Origin: Eledone cirrhosa
Lineage: Eukaryota
NCBI GenBank assembly: GCA_964016885.1
Contig: OZ024740.1
Location: forward strand, 199,764,001 to 199,828,000
Direction of reading: 5' to 3'
Length of the DNA stretch: 64,000 nt
The translations under genes were made by a program, and so were the position numbers. The notes under the pieces were generated by a model, which worked only from the letters and a program-made list of their open reading frames with translations, had not been told where the DNA came from and made no database searches. Of this stretch, positions 1 through 12,645 are shown piece by piece. Numbering within the stretch: position 1 is the stretch's first letter; each line of letters begins with the position of its first letter.

Positions 1-395
1 TTCCAGCCGACTGAGCCTACACCTGCTAGTCATGACATCACATCCAGCCCGACTGTGCATATCAATCTTTTTCATAAAAACAATGAATAGGAAAGGTGAC
101 AGCATTCGCCCTTTGCTGAGTCCGACTCTCACATAGAATTTTGATTTAGCAATATTTATCTGAACACAAATACTAGGCCATTCTTATTGAAGCATCAGGG
201 CAACAATAAGCTGACCATCGGTTCCATACTCCTGCAGAACCTTCCACAGCAGATCCTCTGGACTCGGTCATATCCACTTCTGAGTTCTAAAATGCAAGAA
301 TACATCTCTTGGCAATTCTCCCACGATTTCGCATGGACCTGGTGCAATGTAAATATATAATCATCTGTGATGCGCCAGGGGCGAAATCATTTTAA
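1..395 (-). pseudogene. Decayed non-LTR retrotransposon (RTE-like) reverse transcriptase fragment
   Basis: Manual minus-strand translation with frameshifts gives FRPWRITDDYIFTLHQ..KSWE..YSCILEL..GYDRV, LLWKVLQEYGTDGQL and VRVGLSKGRMLSPFLFIVFM. These match LINE RT motifs FRPGRSTTDQIFTL, DLEKAYDRV and GLRQGCVLSPLLF. Confidence 0.75.
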
Positions 396-1877
396 AATGA
401 ATTTGCACCATGGTTTCCTAAATATGTGTTAGTTGTTCTGGTAAAGGAAACAGTATATATGAACCTTTAAGTTTTGGATGATTAGTATAGTCTTTTGAAA
501 ATGTGGTACAATGCTATTTAGAAATACAGGAGTATATTACAAAAATCAAAGCAGTTAGCTGGAAACTAGCGATGTGGGTTAGACTACCATGTGTACTGAT
601 ACATATCTTTTTCCTTTAAGTGTCCGGATGAGCTCCGTTTTTATTAGACTATGTTATTTAGTCAAATAGTTACAGCGAGGATTACTCTTCCAATTTAAAT
701 ATTTCCTTTTATTATTACTCCTAAAACAAAGAAAGATGTGTTTGGATTCATTGGCCTACCGCCCGATTACATATTTCACCGGCAAATAAGTGTATACACC
801 CTATTATTATTAGACTATTATATTCAGTCAAAACGTTACGGTAAAGTTTCCTATTTCAATTTTTAGTTAGGTTTTATTTCATGTTTCGGGTTTAAGACCC
901 CGTAACAAAAGGGAGGAAATAGAATGTGATGATATTGACGAGCGGAACACTTCTGCTTGTAATATGTGCTATAGTAAATAAAATGATAAATATGCATGTC
1001 TGTGTACGTTTGAGTCCCTAAAATGATATTTCAACGATTGAATAGCTTTAGATTTACTGCACATTCTCAGATCAAGCCGCTTATCGAACAATTAGAGTTA
1101 CTAATTGTTAAATATTGACTCAACGGGAACAGGTACCTCAAAGGATTCTAACCAAGGTTATAATAATTCTGCTAATTCGTCGAGTAGTATAATTGCTACA
1201 AAAAAAAATAGCAAAAAAAACTAGGACAGTTTCAAAAATTCTGTTTAACATTTAGTCAGTCAGTGTATTCTTCTGACATTAAATTATGCGAAGACTGACG
1301 TTTTCATATCGGCTTTTCTAACGTTTATTGATATGAAAACAGCACTAGAGAGGATATCCGTCTGTCGGGGAAAAAAACATATCGTTTGAAGCCGTGGTAT
1401 ATCTGACAGAAATCTTTTGATTTCTGATTTACTTTCTGTGCATGTGTTTCCACACGTTAAAATGAAATCTCTCATTATTGATCTCAAAGTTTCAAACTTC
1501 GCGTTACTCGCATAAATCACAGTGTATTTCTCGATCTGGATCCGACAAGGCTTACAAAAAATGTCAGTAATGTATTCACGTTTATGGAAATAAATATAAC
1601 TAAACACAATACATCACAATTTTTCACGTATCTCTGCACACGGAAGAAGCATTCGTCATAATACTCTATTTATACAAAGCTTGAAAAAGAGAAAATGACC
1701 TACACGATCTTAGTTTCTAAATATTCCCAGTAAAGCGAATACGTACAACAAGAATGAGGGGTGATGTTTGCAATTTCCGCGGGGCCATGGACAATTTCCT
1801 GTAAAACAATATATTTTAACTTCTTCTAAAACTACTTATATAATATTTCAAATTCCTATTAAATTTTCTAAAGGTAG

Positions 1878-2065
1878 TGATGGATTGGCAGAATCATTAG
1901 AATTTTGAAGAAATACGCTTTACTCTGTGTTTTGAGATTGTGATATCTAATCTTGTTAAGGTCAACTTTCCCTAACATAAATTCCGAGTTCGATAAATAT
2001 ATTAGTTACCATATACTTGGGTCGATACAATGGACTTTCGACCCTAACTTCTAACATAAGTAGCA
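1878..2065 (+). mobile_element. Old, degenerate copy of the tRNA-derived SINE family seen at 6593
   Basis: ttggcagaatcattag head, plus aggtcaactttccct...gagttcgataaa similar to the younger copies. Confidence 0.45.
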
Positions 2066-2701
2066 TCCTGCTTAAATTAGAAAACCTGAGTATAATGGAG
2101 AAAATTATCATCGATACATGAGCTAGTTTATGTATGTTGGAAGCAGTGTAACCGTGTCAATTCATCGATATGTCCAGCTCCTGGGTGTGATGTTAGTCCT
2201 ACGGGGAACTGGAATTATATGGGCTAGAACAAACGAATTTCAGCCCCGGAGGACACGCTCGTACCCCGTTGGTCAGTTGTCATACCATTCCCCAGCCGAA
2301 AGTCTATAGATATTCTATAGATATAAAGTCTAGAGACAGGTCGACCTGTTATAGTTGTTTTTATCAGAATGTTTAAGTTCAGCTGACCTCCTTTACCGTG
2401 GATGTAGTGGTAGTGGTCTTAAGAGGTCAGCCAGCAGGTCAATCTTAGTAGGCTGCTGCTATGATCGGAGTAAACAAATCAACTTCGTCGAGTGCTCCAG
2501 CCTGCAAACTGAGGTATCGGTAAACAACCAACACATACACAATATATATATATATACACTCAAAGCCTCTGATCTGACTTAAAGACTGATATTTCATCTA
2601 TTTGTTCGTGCTTAACTTTGGATTGGTGGAAAATAAAAATATGTTCAAGTAAGGTGACGTTTGCAGTAAAGGAATTATTTTCTTATATTAATATATACAC
2701 A

Positions 2702-2823
2702 AGTTCTGAGTTCAAATCCCGCCGAGGTTAACTTTGCCTTTCATCCTTACGGGGTCGATAAAATAAAGTACCAGTAATGTACTGGGTAATTTTCTGGCCT
2801 TGTGCCAATAGTAGAAACAATTA
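2702..2823 (+). mobile_element. SINE, 5'-truncated
   Basis: B-box-like gagttcaaatccc followed by gcctttcatccttacggggtcgataaaataaagtaccag, which recurs about 9 times in the window. Confidence 0.8.
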
Positions 2824-3399
2824 ATATATACACAAGTCATCTATATTTGTCTTTGTATTTCAAATAGAGTATTCAATCATTTTTTATTTATTTTTATCTA
2901 TTTTTTAATTCTTTTTTTTACTGTTTTTATCTGCAAATCCTAACAAACATTGGATTCTTGATAAAATGGAACCCACATATACACACATGCCCATACAAGG
3001 ACACAAACTCACCAGACAACAACAACATGAAAACAAAATGAACTTTCTATTAATGAATCGAACCCCACAAACACAAAAACCACCCCTCTCCCATAAGGAA
3101 TATGTACAAGAAGTAATTTTGACAGGACATTTACATATGTTCTAATTGCCCCAAAATATGGGAAAACACTTTATTGATATTTGTATACACATTAAAACCG
3201 ATAATATTTTATAAAACTTAAATTCAGGCCGGACGTTGTCTAGCGGATCGGTTCACTGAGCACCTCCGAAATATTCGTCGCTGCGGGTGATCCCCCATCG
3301 CCCGCCACTTTGGCTCCACCGTACTCTCCGCTCGCAACCTGATTGAGTGCCATGGCCCCCCCATGCCCACTTAAGGCCGAACGACGCACCATCTTCACA

Positions 3400-4780
3400 T
3401 TACAGACCTGCACCCAACCCAGTTTGAACTCCCCACCCCTCTTCATTTTGCCATCGACCGGTCCCCGTCCCCTCCCCTACCCCCACACAAACACCACTAA
3501 CACTACTAACACTCCCAAAATTAACAATCCCCTCACCTTCCAGCCACCCCCACAAACACATTGCTCCACCCCACCACTAATAATACTAACACCAGCTATC
3601 ACACACACACGCACCCACACCCTAAACACTCACACACACCAGTATATATATACACTCACTCACACATATGTGCATACCCATATTACCACCACTAACCCCC
3701 ACCCTCACAACCACATTTGACCAGCCCACCACTAATATACAAGCCCCCCACCCCCTTCCTCCTTACAACACACACGCACAAAACACCAGCATATCTACAC
3801 TCCTGTACTATCAACACTACACACCTGTACTACCACCACTAACTCCCACGCACACCCATTTTCGACAACGCCACCACTAATAATGCTAACACCCACCCTA
3901 CCACACACACACGCACTTACACGCAAAACACGCACACACATACCAGTATATATACACTCACTCATACACAGTACCCAGCACTTTCTCTCCCCTCTCTCTC
4001 TTCTCTCATACTACCAACACTACCTCCACATCATACACCCAAATCCTACTAAAACCTCCACTAATATATACACACACCCTACACACACACACACCACCCT
4101 CTCTTTCAACTTTTCACACTGACCGTCCTCCTCTTCCGTCCACCTCGCCTCCGCACACACATCCACACACACCACACACACATGCAGGCCTCCCTTACAC
4201 AGCTGAGATCTACTACTACTCGACCGCACCCTCACCAATCTTGACTGCTCAGCTCCTTTCTCCCCTCACCCTCACACATCGCCCTGCCATCTCCAACCCT
4301 TGACTTGATCATCTTGACCACTTCCTGTTGCGCACGCCCTACAACGTTCTACTTCTTCCTCACCATTCCCACGGACATTTTCACGCAAAGTTTTCACGCT
4401 CGGATATCTATGAGAATACTGCCCGTAACAATGCCATCATTTCCCAAACACACCGGAAACACATTCAGAAACATAGACACACACACACACACACACATAC
4501 ACACACATACACTTACACCCATTTCGCACACACGCAACAATAAATTCCCACGTACCCACATCACATAAACACACACACACACACGTGCGTATCCTCACAT
4601 ACACCCACTCTGCCTCCGGATTACGCATTCTCTCCCCCATCCCAACCGACCCCTTTCTATGCACGCCTCACATCTTTTCACAACTTATTTTAAACTTTTA
4701 TTTTCCAATTCATGTTTTATTTTTTTCCACCAACTTCCCCATCACCCCCTCGAATTTCCTCACACCCCTCACTCTCACTA
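3400..4780 (+). repeat. C/A-rich, strand-asymmetric low-complexity tract with imperfect internal duplications (possibly a PLE 3' region)
   Basis: Almost no G on the + strand. Repeated ccaccactaataat(a/g)ctaacacc and accagtatatatacactcactca blocks. Composition resembles the PLE 3' regions at 12380-12650 and, on the minus strand, 61750-62100. Confidence 0.5.
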
Positions 4781-5042
4781 AGGGTGAACTTAATAGCTTT
4801 TGTAACTTGTACTTGTTGTTTTTTTACTTACATATATATATATATATATATATAGGTCTGTTGGTTCACCACTGGATAGAACTGGTCATTCCGTATGGTC
4901 AACTTCGATGTATTATTATGGAGAGCACTCAGCGTAATGCAACTCACCCGTCTTCGTAAGTGTAGTTGGTGGTGCGAGTACCGACTTAATTATTATAAAA
5001 TAACAGGAGGCTGGACTGGTGTAAATCCTTGAAAAGTTTATT

Positions 5043-5100
5043 ATACTATGATCATTTCAATGACTGGGTTCAGTATGAATCCGGTGACATCATCAGGTAT
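5043..5100 (-). ncRNA. Degenerate type I hammerhead ribozyme motif
   Basis: Reverse complement reads atac-CTGATGA-tgtcaccggattcatactgaacccagtcatt-GAAA-tgatca-TA-gtat. Stem III is palindromic; stem II is imperfect. Confidence 0.45.
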
Positions 5101-5630
5101 TCAAAATATATCAAAGGAATATAACTATGAAATCCATGTGGCTGAAAATCGGATCAAGAGGATGACCGACTATTTAGCAGCTTCTACCTCAGTTGGCCGC
5201 CCTCAAGTGTTGATTATTAAGTCTACTTATGACCATCTTGTGAGGGAGCGTAAGCTTATAATGTGCTACTACCTCCCCGAAAAGAGAAATGTCAGTGTTG
5301 AGGTTATGCCACAATCAGGCTGAACATGCGTGCTAGAAATTGCCGCGAAAAATGTTTTTTCCAAAGAACAAATATCTTCAACAATGACATATATAGTGGG
5401 CGTCCGTATGGTATAATGTGTGGACAGAAATTTCGAATAGCAATTAGAAACGTTAAACTTATGTTAAGAGTTATAGGATAAAATTAGAAAAATAAGGTTT
5501 AAGGTTTGGGTTGTGAGATTTAGTTAAATAATTTACAGAAAGAGGCTTTTATGAAAAAGTTTAAGTGTATTATAGATAGTCTCGATAAGTTTTCAGTGTA
5601 GATTATAGAGAAAAGATTAAGCCCATGCTT

Positions 5631-6148
5631 AGCGGTCAATAACCAGCGAGGACTGAAGATCCCGGCCAGCCCTCCCTAACCACGTGCCAGCCGTTCCGAG
5701 TAATATCCTCTTGCGGAAGAAATGGAAATTAATTTTTCTGAGCACTCCAAGAATGTAATTGTCTTAGGCGTCGGGTGTGTTATTGGGGAGTCCGCCTACA
5801 CCGTCTGGCCATCGTATATACCAAACGAATACTATTAATTCACACAGGAAGAAGATTTAGTTACGTGTCTGTAGAGGAGGCATGGTACAGCTAATAGTTA
5901 TGATTAAGCCTAGAATTCAAAGGTACTATTTGGCGGTCAAAGCCGGCGGCGAGGCGGGTTCCAAGTCCGACTGGGCGACGGGGCGGAGCAGCCGTTCCGA
6001 GTAATTTCGTTTACCGGCAGAAGGGGAAATTTATATTTCCAAGCACTCAAGGAAGGCTTATCCACCCGAGCGCCTGGCGTTCAGTCGGGAAAGCCGCCAC
6101 ATCTGTCGGATCATCGTGTGTTCGCAAACGATTATTATATATTCACAC
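5631..6148. repeat. Two diverged ~300-bp GC-richer direct repeats
   Basis: Collinear shared blocks gcggtcaa, agccgttccgagtaat, ggaaatt, agcactc, catcgt, caaacga and attcacac at ~5631-5845 and ~5933-6148. Confidence 0.65.
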
Positions 6149-6330
6149 CCGTGATGTGAGGTTGAAAGTAGTAAAACCCGATGAAATGCGCAAATAGGCT
6201 ATATTTAGTCCCCAGTTAGTCCGGGCTATACGTAGTGTGAGTAGGGGGAGTGAATAAAGGTAAACAGATATAAGGGTACAGAGAGTAATATTCTAGGGTC
6301 GTGTGCTATTGAGCACAATGATAAGTATAT

Positions 6331-6494
6331 AATTGTTTCTACTTTAGGCACAAGGCCAGAAAATACCCAGTGCATTACTGGTACTTTATTTTATCGACCC
6401 CGTAAGGATGAAAGGCAATTCAACCTCGGCAGGATTTGAACTCAGATCGTAAAGGGACGTAACTATGCTGGAAAGCATGGCGTCCGACCCTCTA
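6331..6494 (-). mobile_element. SINE (tRNA-derived)
   Basis: Reverse complement of the copies at 2702 and 6593. Confidence 0.8.
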
Positions 6495-6592
6495 AATACA
6501 TAAACTATATATATATATATATATAGTTTATTTATTTTTATTTATGTATTTTGCTTATTATTCTTTTTATTTAGGTATTTATTTACTTGCGT

Positions 6593-6721
6593 TTGGCAGT
6601 ATCGGTAGAGGGTCGGACGCCATGCTTTCCAGCATAGTTACGTCCCTTTACGATCTGAGTTCAAATCCCGCCGAGGTTGACTTTGCCTTTCATCCTTACG
6701 GGGTCGATAAAATAAAGTACC
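6593..6721 (+). mobile_element. SINE with tRNA-like head
   Basis: A-box-like tggcagtatcggtaga and B-box-like gagttcaaatccc, then the conserved gcctttcatccttacggggtcgataaa core. Confidence 0.8.
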
Positions 6722-6779
6722 ATATATATATAAGAATAATAAATAAATACATAAATAAAAATACATAAATATATATATT

Positions 6780-6843
<64 letters not shown>

Positions 6844-7116
6844 TGTGTATTTTTATTTATGTATTTTGCTTATTATTCATATATATATATACCCATATTT
6901 GTTCAATTGAAGAATGTTGAGTGATTAAAAATCTGCCGATATTTTCTTAACAGATGTAAAGCACTCCATGAATTTCGTCCATCCGGAGTTTTATTCCGGA
7001 GTTTATGCTCAGATCAGAGCAAACATCACGGACGCTCTATCTCAAAATTATTTTTGAAAAGCATTAGAAATGGGCAACCGGTTAAACTTAAAACCAAAAC
7101 TGAATACTAACCAAAG

Positions 7117-7175
<59 letters not shown>

Positions 7176-7178
<3 letters not shown>

Positions 7179-7305
7179 TATAACGTATGTCCATAGAATC
7201 ATTTGGTAATATATATACACCAATTCCTCTCCCAATGAGCATAATCAACCACACAAAAAAACAATTAAACCAGGCTGTAAGATTAAAAGGCATCTATGAA
7301 GAAAT
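7176..7305. repeat. Short interspersed repeat next to (TA)n; other copies at ~17914-18050 and ~48851-48998
   Basis: Shared tatgtccatagaatcatttg...catAATCAACCACACAAAAAA...attaaaccag...atgaagaaat. Confidence 0.8.
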
Positions 7306-7326
7306 ATATATATATATATATATATA

Positions 7327-7717
7327 TTGGGCTGCCCTTTCTAGCAGTTCGTCCATCAGAGGCCACTGGTTCACTGCTCTTAAACACGCTGTTACTTCTC
7401 TCTCCCACGTGTAGCTGGACAGTCACTTTTAAAATTCTCTTAGTGTTGTCTGAAATGTATTGCCTTCCACACGCTGATAAACCGAGGTTATTCCATTTCT
7501 GTCAACAAATTACTGGCGAAACATCTCTTTGGATTTGTACGTGTGGTATATAGTTATAGAGTTATTTATTTACGCTTTAAATTTATATTTTTAATTATCG
7601 TGTCTATAGTCTGCCTTTCATAGGTTATAGATTCCATACACTGGTGGTTTGTTCCCTGTTTTATTGATAGCGCACTGTATATCTCTCTCTGGTGTGTTAC
7701 CTTTTCAACATATTGTA
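7327..7717 (+). mobile_element. HHR-bearing non-autonomous element (family B); second copy at 31057-31461, 3' fragment at ~18730-18780 on the minus strand
   Basis: Highly similar to 31057-31461. HHR at 7467-7546: ccacacg-CTGATAA-accgag...ctggc-GAAA-ca...tg-TA-cgtgtgg. Confidence 0.75.
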
Positions 7718-7798
7718 TTTGAAAGAGCTGAAGATCTCTTCTCCTTTGAGCCCATTATTTACAGGGAATGGCGAGAGCCTATCGCTCCGTTAATTTAT

Positions 7799-7840
<42 letters not shown>

Positions 7841-7845
<5 letters not shown>

Positions 7846-8562
7846 ATTAAATAAATGGAAAACTATATTTATTTCATTATATATATTTCGGGGATATCAT
7901 ATTAACAATATGCTATGCCTTCATCAGACAAAGTACAATATAAACAGTTTTATAGATAAATAGATTCGACATACCGTAATAAACATCGACTTCATTTGAA
8001 GAGGTTTACGCTAGCAGTGAAAATTTTATACAGAGAGAAAGAAAGAGAGAAAAAAGATATATTTTCTATATTTTTACTTATTATTATTATTATTGTTATC
8101 TTTTTATTTTTAGTTTTGTTTATAATATAATATATATTTTTTATTAGTATATTGAAATCTGCTCTCTATTTCTGCTTGATAGATAATCTTGTAGAGTAAT
8201 CGCAGGAATAATAATACGCTCAAATTTTTATACCACATTGAGAATGTTTTCCGGTAACTTAGAGTTTGCAGAGTGAATCAGTTGGATTCACATGGATGTT
8301 TGTAGCTGTCACATAAACATATGAATTTTTTAAAACTAAACATAAGATAATGAATTTTCACACATTATGGATACTTGTTTCATTCAGGAATACTGATATT
8401 TACAATATAGTGTAAGTTTTATAAATACTAATACATTAAAACATAGGGTTTTCTACGCCTCGAATATGTCTGGCTATTTTTAAATTTTTCTCTCGCTATT
8501 TTTTTTCCTCTCTCTATATTTTTTTCTCTCTCTATATATCTCCCTTACATTAATACTTGAGC

Positions 8563-8601
<39 letters not shown>

Positions 8602-9144
8602 ATGTATCATTGATACACTTACTCAAAATGACCTCCCACTACCTAATTTTCTATATATATATATGTATCTATCTCTATTTCCTCTCTATATATATATATA
8701 TATATCTTTCTGTTTCTTTACATGAAGCCCTTCGCTTTATCTATTTTTCCATCTCTCTATTTTGTTCTATGCATTTCTTCTTTTTCTTTTTTCTTCTTTT
8801 TCTTCCTTTTCTTCGTTTTGTCTTTCTTTCTTTTTTCTCTCTTTCTTTCTCTCTGTATAACATTTTCACTGCTAGCGTAAACCTCTTCAAATGAAGTCGA
8901 TGTTTATTACGGTATGTCGAATCTATTTATCTATAAAACTGTTTATATTGTATTTTGTCTGATGAAGGCATAGCATATTGTTAATATGATATCCCCGAAA
9001 TATATATAATGAAATAAATATGGTTTTATAAATATAGTTTTCCATTTATTTAATATTGTAAATATACTCCAAATATTTGTCTAGTGCTTTTATATCAGTT
9101 ATAAATATTTACTAGTTGTAACCCAACAATTTTAAATATAACTT

Positions 9145-9150
<6 letters not shown>
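7841..9150 (+). mobile_element. Fold-back element with inverted arms 7841-8025 and 8863-9059, one HHR in each arm
   Basis: Arms are reverse complements. The + HHR at 8951-9016 reads ttttgt-CTGATGA-aggcatagcatatt.gtt.aatatgatatcccc-GAAA-tatata-TA-atgaaa. The - copy is at ~7870-7935. Flanked by (TA)n. Confidence 0.75.
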
Positions 9151-9191
<41 letters not shown>

Positions 9192-9194
<3 letters not shown>

Positions 9195-9461
9195 TAGAAA
9201 AAAAGATGAAATCGAAAATGCAACTGGCGTCTTATTTTTTTTTTAAATATATATATTTATTTGGTTCCTTTACCGTTTTCGCAGTTCTTCTACTTTTGAA
9301 AAGCAGAAGAACTGCGAAACCAGAAAAGGAACCAAATAAATATATATATATATATTTTTAAATAAGACTCCAGTTGCATTTTCGATTTCATCTGTCCTTC
9401 TTTATATTTTCACTCGTGTAGGACACGTCGGTTATTTTTCATTTCGTAAAAAAAACCTCAC

Positions 9462-9468
<7 letters not shown>
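9192..9468 (+). mobile_element. Small fold-back element centred near 9298 with a variant HHR-like core; another copy at 53048-53280 on the minus strand
   Basis: ~100-bp inverted arms plus a ~65-nt one-sided tail. The 53 kb copy reads ctt-TTGAAAA-gcag.aagaa.ctgc-GAAA-ccgg-TA-aag. Confidence 0.6.
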
Positions 9469-9545
<77 letters not shown>

Positions 9546-9779
9546 ACATATATCCATATATATATATATCATTTATTTTGTTTGACCTGTTTGGCTTGAC
9601 TTGTCTTTTGGCTTAGGTGGTTAAGGCTCTTTTGACCACTTTTCAGTTTCTATGGCGTTTTAACATATTGTTTAGCTCTAGTTTTTCTTAACTATTGGAG
9701 CGCTTGCCATTATTTCTACAACTTTGCGTTTCATTTCACTTTTTCTACCAGCCGAAATACGATTCTCGCTGAATATATA

Positions 9780-9830
<51 letters not shown>

Positions 9831-10352
9831 ATATTTGGGGAGGGTCATATTTGCGTAATATTGCCAGAATTAATAACAGAACACACTCACTGTTTGGTTG
9901 GTTTTCGCTTCTCGCTGTCTTTTATATATATATATCTGCGATCTAACTTACTCGGTCCTCAATGTTGCCATTGACTGACCGGCGGTCAAAAATAATACAG
10001 ATACAATATAGACAAACACATATATATATAGTTTACATAATTTACATAAATCTTTCGTTGCACATCTGCAACATCGTCAGTGGTGTTATATTCATTGTTC
10101 CTCCTGTTGTGTTGTATGTCTACGCCATTTTTTTTGTTCAGTCTGTCTATATATTTATTTATTTATTTGCTTGTTTGTTTATCTTATTTTATTTTGTCTT
10201 CTTTGCGCATGCGTTTGCGTGTGTGTATAGTGTTATGTGTGATGTGTGACTAGTGTGTATAGTGTTGTGTCTGCTGGGTGACTAGTGTGTGTTTATGTGC
10301 CCGTGCATGCATCTATCTATCCCATTTTACCCCATCCAATTTACCCATCTAT

Positions 10353-10969
10353 TTACACTTCCCCCAGGTCAGTGTTGTTTGTTTGGGTGTTGTTGTTGTT
10401 CCACTCATTCTTTCTGTTTAGCTTTGGTCTTCTAATTTCTATTTCACTGGCCTCTCTGATTTGCCTATCTGCTGGGTCATTCCTATGTTTAGATATTATT
10501 CTAATTTCTATGTTGTCTATGTTACCGTCATGTTGTTGTCTAGCATGTTCGTATAGTACTGACCCGTTTTTTCGTCCTTTTAGTTCCCCCCAGTGTTGGT
10601 CTATCCTTTCACCTATGCTACGAGCTGTCTCACCTATGTATGTTGTTGTCGTGTTTCTGCAAGTACCCTCTGTACATCTTATGCTATAGACTACGTTTCT
10701 AGTTTTACAGTTTATCCGGGGGTTCACCTTACATATGATACATTTCCTATTGGTACAGTGGGTTTTCTTAAAAGGGTAGGTTTTGCTGATCAGGGATTTT
10801 ATGGTGGTTCCTGGCTTTTCTACCACCTTTATTTTTTAAGTGGGTCTTTCTCAGGGCCTTTCTACACTGGTTAGCTAATTTCCCTCCAGGGGTGGCGTCC
10901 ACAAACATGACACTCTGATATCTCTGGTTGTCGTACCATGATGTGGCCTTCCCTATCTTATGTCTAGCC
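10353..10969 (-). pseudogene. Inverted duplicate of the PLE linker/GIY-YIG coding region
   Basis: ORF 10353..10826 matches the C-terminus of the 10928..12379 ORF. Confidence 0.9.
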
Positions 10970-12379
10970 AAAGCTATACGGACCCCCCAAAACACTGATC
11001 GGGTAAGAAAAATGTTCGCACATGCAATAGGGGCTAGTATCAAAACTACCCTAAAGGGCCACATATTTAAGTTCAATGAGAAAATCTACACCCAAAATGA
11101 GGGAGCAGCCATCGGCGTCAGCATAGCTGGTGATGTTGCCAAACTTTTCATGGTATGGTGGGAAAGGAGACTTAAAAATCTCCTTAATGAAAGCTCCATA
11201 GACCTCATCATGTACTCTCGTTATGTAGACGATATCAATATAGTTATAAGAACACCCCCACTAGAGAGCACTAACAAGTTTGATTTAGAACGTAGCACGA
11301 TGGAAAGCATCCAGCAGATAGCTAATTCCATACACCAGAGTATAACTGTAACTATAGACTTCCCTTCCAAACACCCTAACAATAGACTACCTGTATTAGA
11401 CACAGAACTCTGGATTAACACTATAGACGAGAGAGCTCAAATTCTCCACTCACACTATGCTAAACCCATGGCCTCCAAATACCTGATACTCAAAAACTCA
11501 GCAATGTCCAGTAGTGCTAAGTTTAATATTCTGATCGCAGATTTGGTACGAGTGATGAAGAATGTGTCCAGCATGTGCGACCCAACAGAAATGGAAGGAC
11601 ACATCCAACACTTCATCAACCGCATGCAGTTCTCTGGCTACAACCAAAGAGACAGAGTCAGAGTTTACGAAGGAGCCATGGAAAAGTATAAGACCCTCAT
11701 AGAACTGGACATGAAAGGAATTTGCCCACTATACAGGAGCAAATCATGGAATAGCTTAGATAGGGCTAGACATAAGATAGGGAAGGCCACATCATGGTAC
11801 GACAACCAGAGATATCAGAGTGTCATGTTTGTGGACGCCACCCCTGGAGGGAAATTAGCTAACCAGTGTAGAAAGGCCCTGAGAAAGACCCACTTAAAAA
11901 TAAAGGTGGTAGAAAAGCCAGGAACCACCATAAAATCCCTGATCAGCAAAACCTACCCTTTTAAGAAAACCCACTGTACCAATAGGAAATGTATCATATG
12001 TAAGGTGAACCCCCGGATAAACTGTAAAACTAGAAACGTAGTCTATAGCATAAGATGTACAGAGGGTACTTGCAGAAACACGACAACAACATACATAGGT
12101 GAGACAGCTCGTAGCATAGGTGAAAGGATAGACCAACACTGGGGGGAACTAAAAGGACGAAAAAACGGGTCAGTACTATACGAACATGCTAGACAACAAC
12201 ATGACGGTAACATAGACAACATAGAAATTAGAATAATATCTAAACATAGGAATGACCCAGCAGATAGGCAAATCAGAGAGGCCAGTGAAATAGAAATTAG
12301 AAGACCAAAGCTAAACAGAAAGAATGAGTGGAACAACAACAACACCCAAACAAACAACACTGACCTGGGGGAAGTGTAA
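10970..12379 (+). CDS. PLE reverse transcriptase (C-terminal part), Cys-rich linker and GIY-YIG endonuclease; 5'-truncated, no internal stops
   Basis: Motifs QNEGAAIGVSIAG, YSRYVDDI, LPVLDTELWI, HYAKPMAS, CTNRKCIICK, NVVYSIRC..YIGETARSIGERIDQH and REASEI..PKLN. The first ~14 codons of the called ORF (from 10928) come from the inverted arm. Confidence 0.92.
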   Translation, partial: KAIRTPQNTDRVRKMFAHAIGASIKTTLKGHIFKFNEKIYTQNEGAAIGVSIAGDVAKLFMVWWERRLKNLLNESSIDLIMYSRYVDDINIVIRTPPLESTNKFDLERSTMESIQQIANSIHQSITVTIDFPSKHPNNRLPVLDTELWINTIDERAQILHSHYAKPMASKYLILKNSAMSSSAKFNILIADLVRVMKNVSSMCDPTEMEGHIQHFINRMQFSGYNQRDRVRVYEGAMEKYKTLIELDMKGICPLYRSKSWNSLDRARHKIGKATSWYDNQRYQSVMFVDATPGGKLANQCRKALRKTHLKIKVVEKPGTTIKSLISKTYPFKKTHCTNRKCIICKVNPRINCKTRNVVYSIRCTEGTCRNTTTTYIGETARSIGERIDQHWGELKGRKNGSVLYEHARQQHDGNIDNIEIRIISKHRNDPADRQIREASEIEIRRPKLNRKNEWNNNNTQTNNTDLGEV

Positions 12380-12645
12380 ATAGATAGGTAAATTGGATGG
12401 GGTAAAATGGGATAGATAGATGCATGCACGGGCACATAAACACACACTAGTCACCCAGCAGACACAACACTATACACACTAGTCACACATCACACATAAC
12501 ACTATACACACACGCAAACGCATGCGCAAAGAAGACAAAATAAAATAAGATAAACAAACAAGCAAATAAATAAATAAATATATAGACAGACTGAACAAAA
12601 AAAATGGCGTAGACATACAACACAACAGGAGGAACAATGAATATA

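Noticed and set aside
1284-1607. 107-aa minus-strand ORF
   Set aside because: No recognisable motif and a non-ATG start; expected by chance.
5615-5800. HDV-like ribozyme suggested by minus-strand cag-tcctcg-ctg-gttattg with an upstream caataac
   Set aside because: The GG needed for P1.1 and a clear P2/P4 are missing, and the pairing is not reproduced in the second repeat unit.
6593-6680. tRNA gene
   Set aside because: A/B-box-like motifs belong to the SINE head; no cloverleaf can be formed.
10928-10969. Apparent start of the 483-aa ORF
   Set aside because: These codons are the antisense end of the inverted arm, so the start is fortuitous. The same applies to 57295-57392 of the 500-aa ORF.
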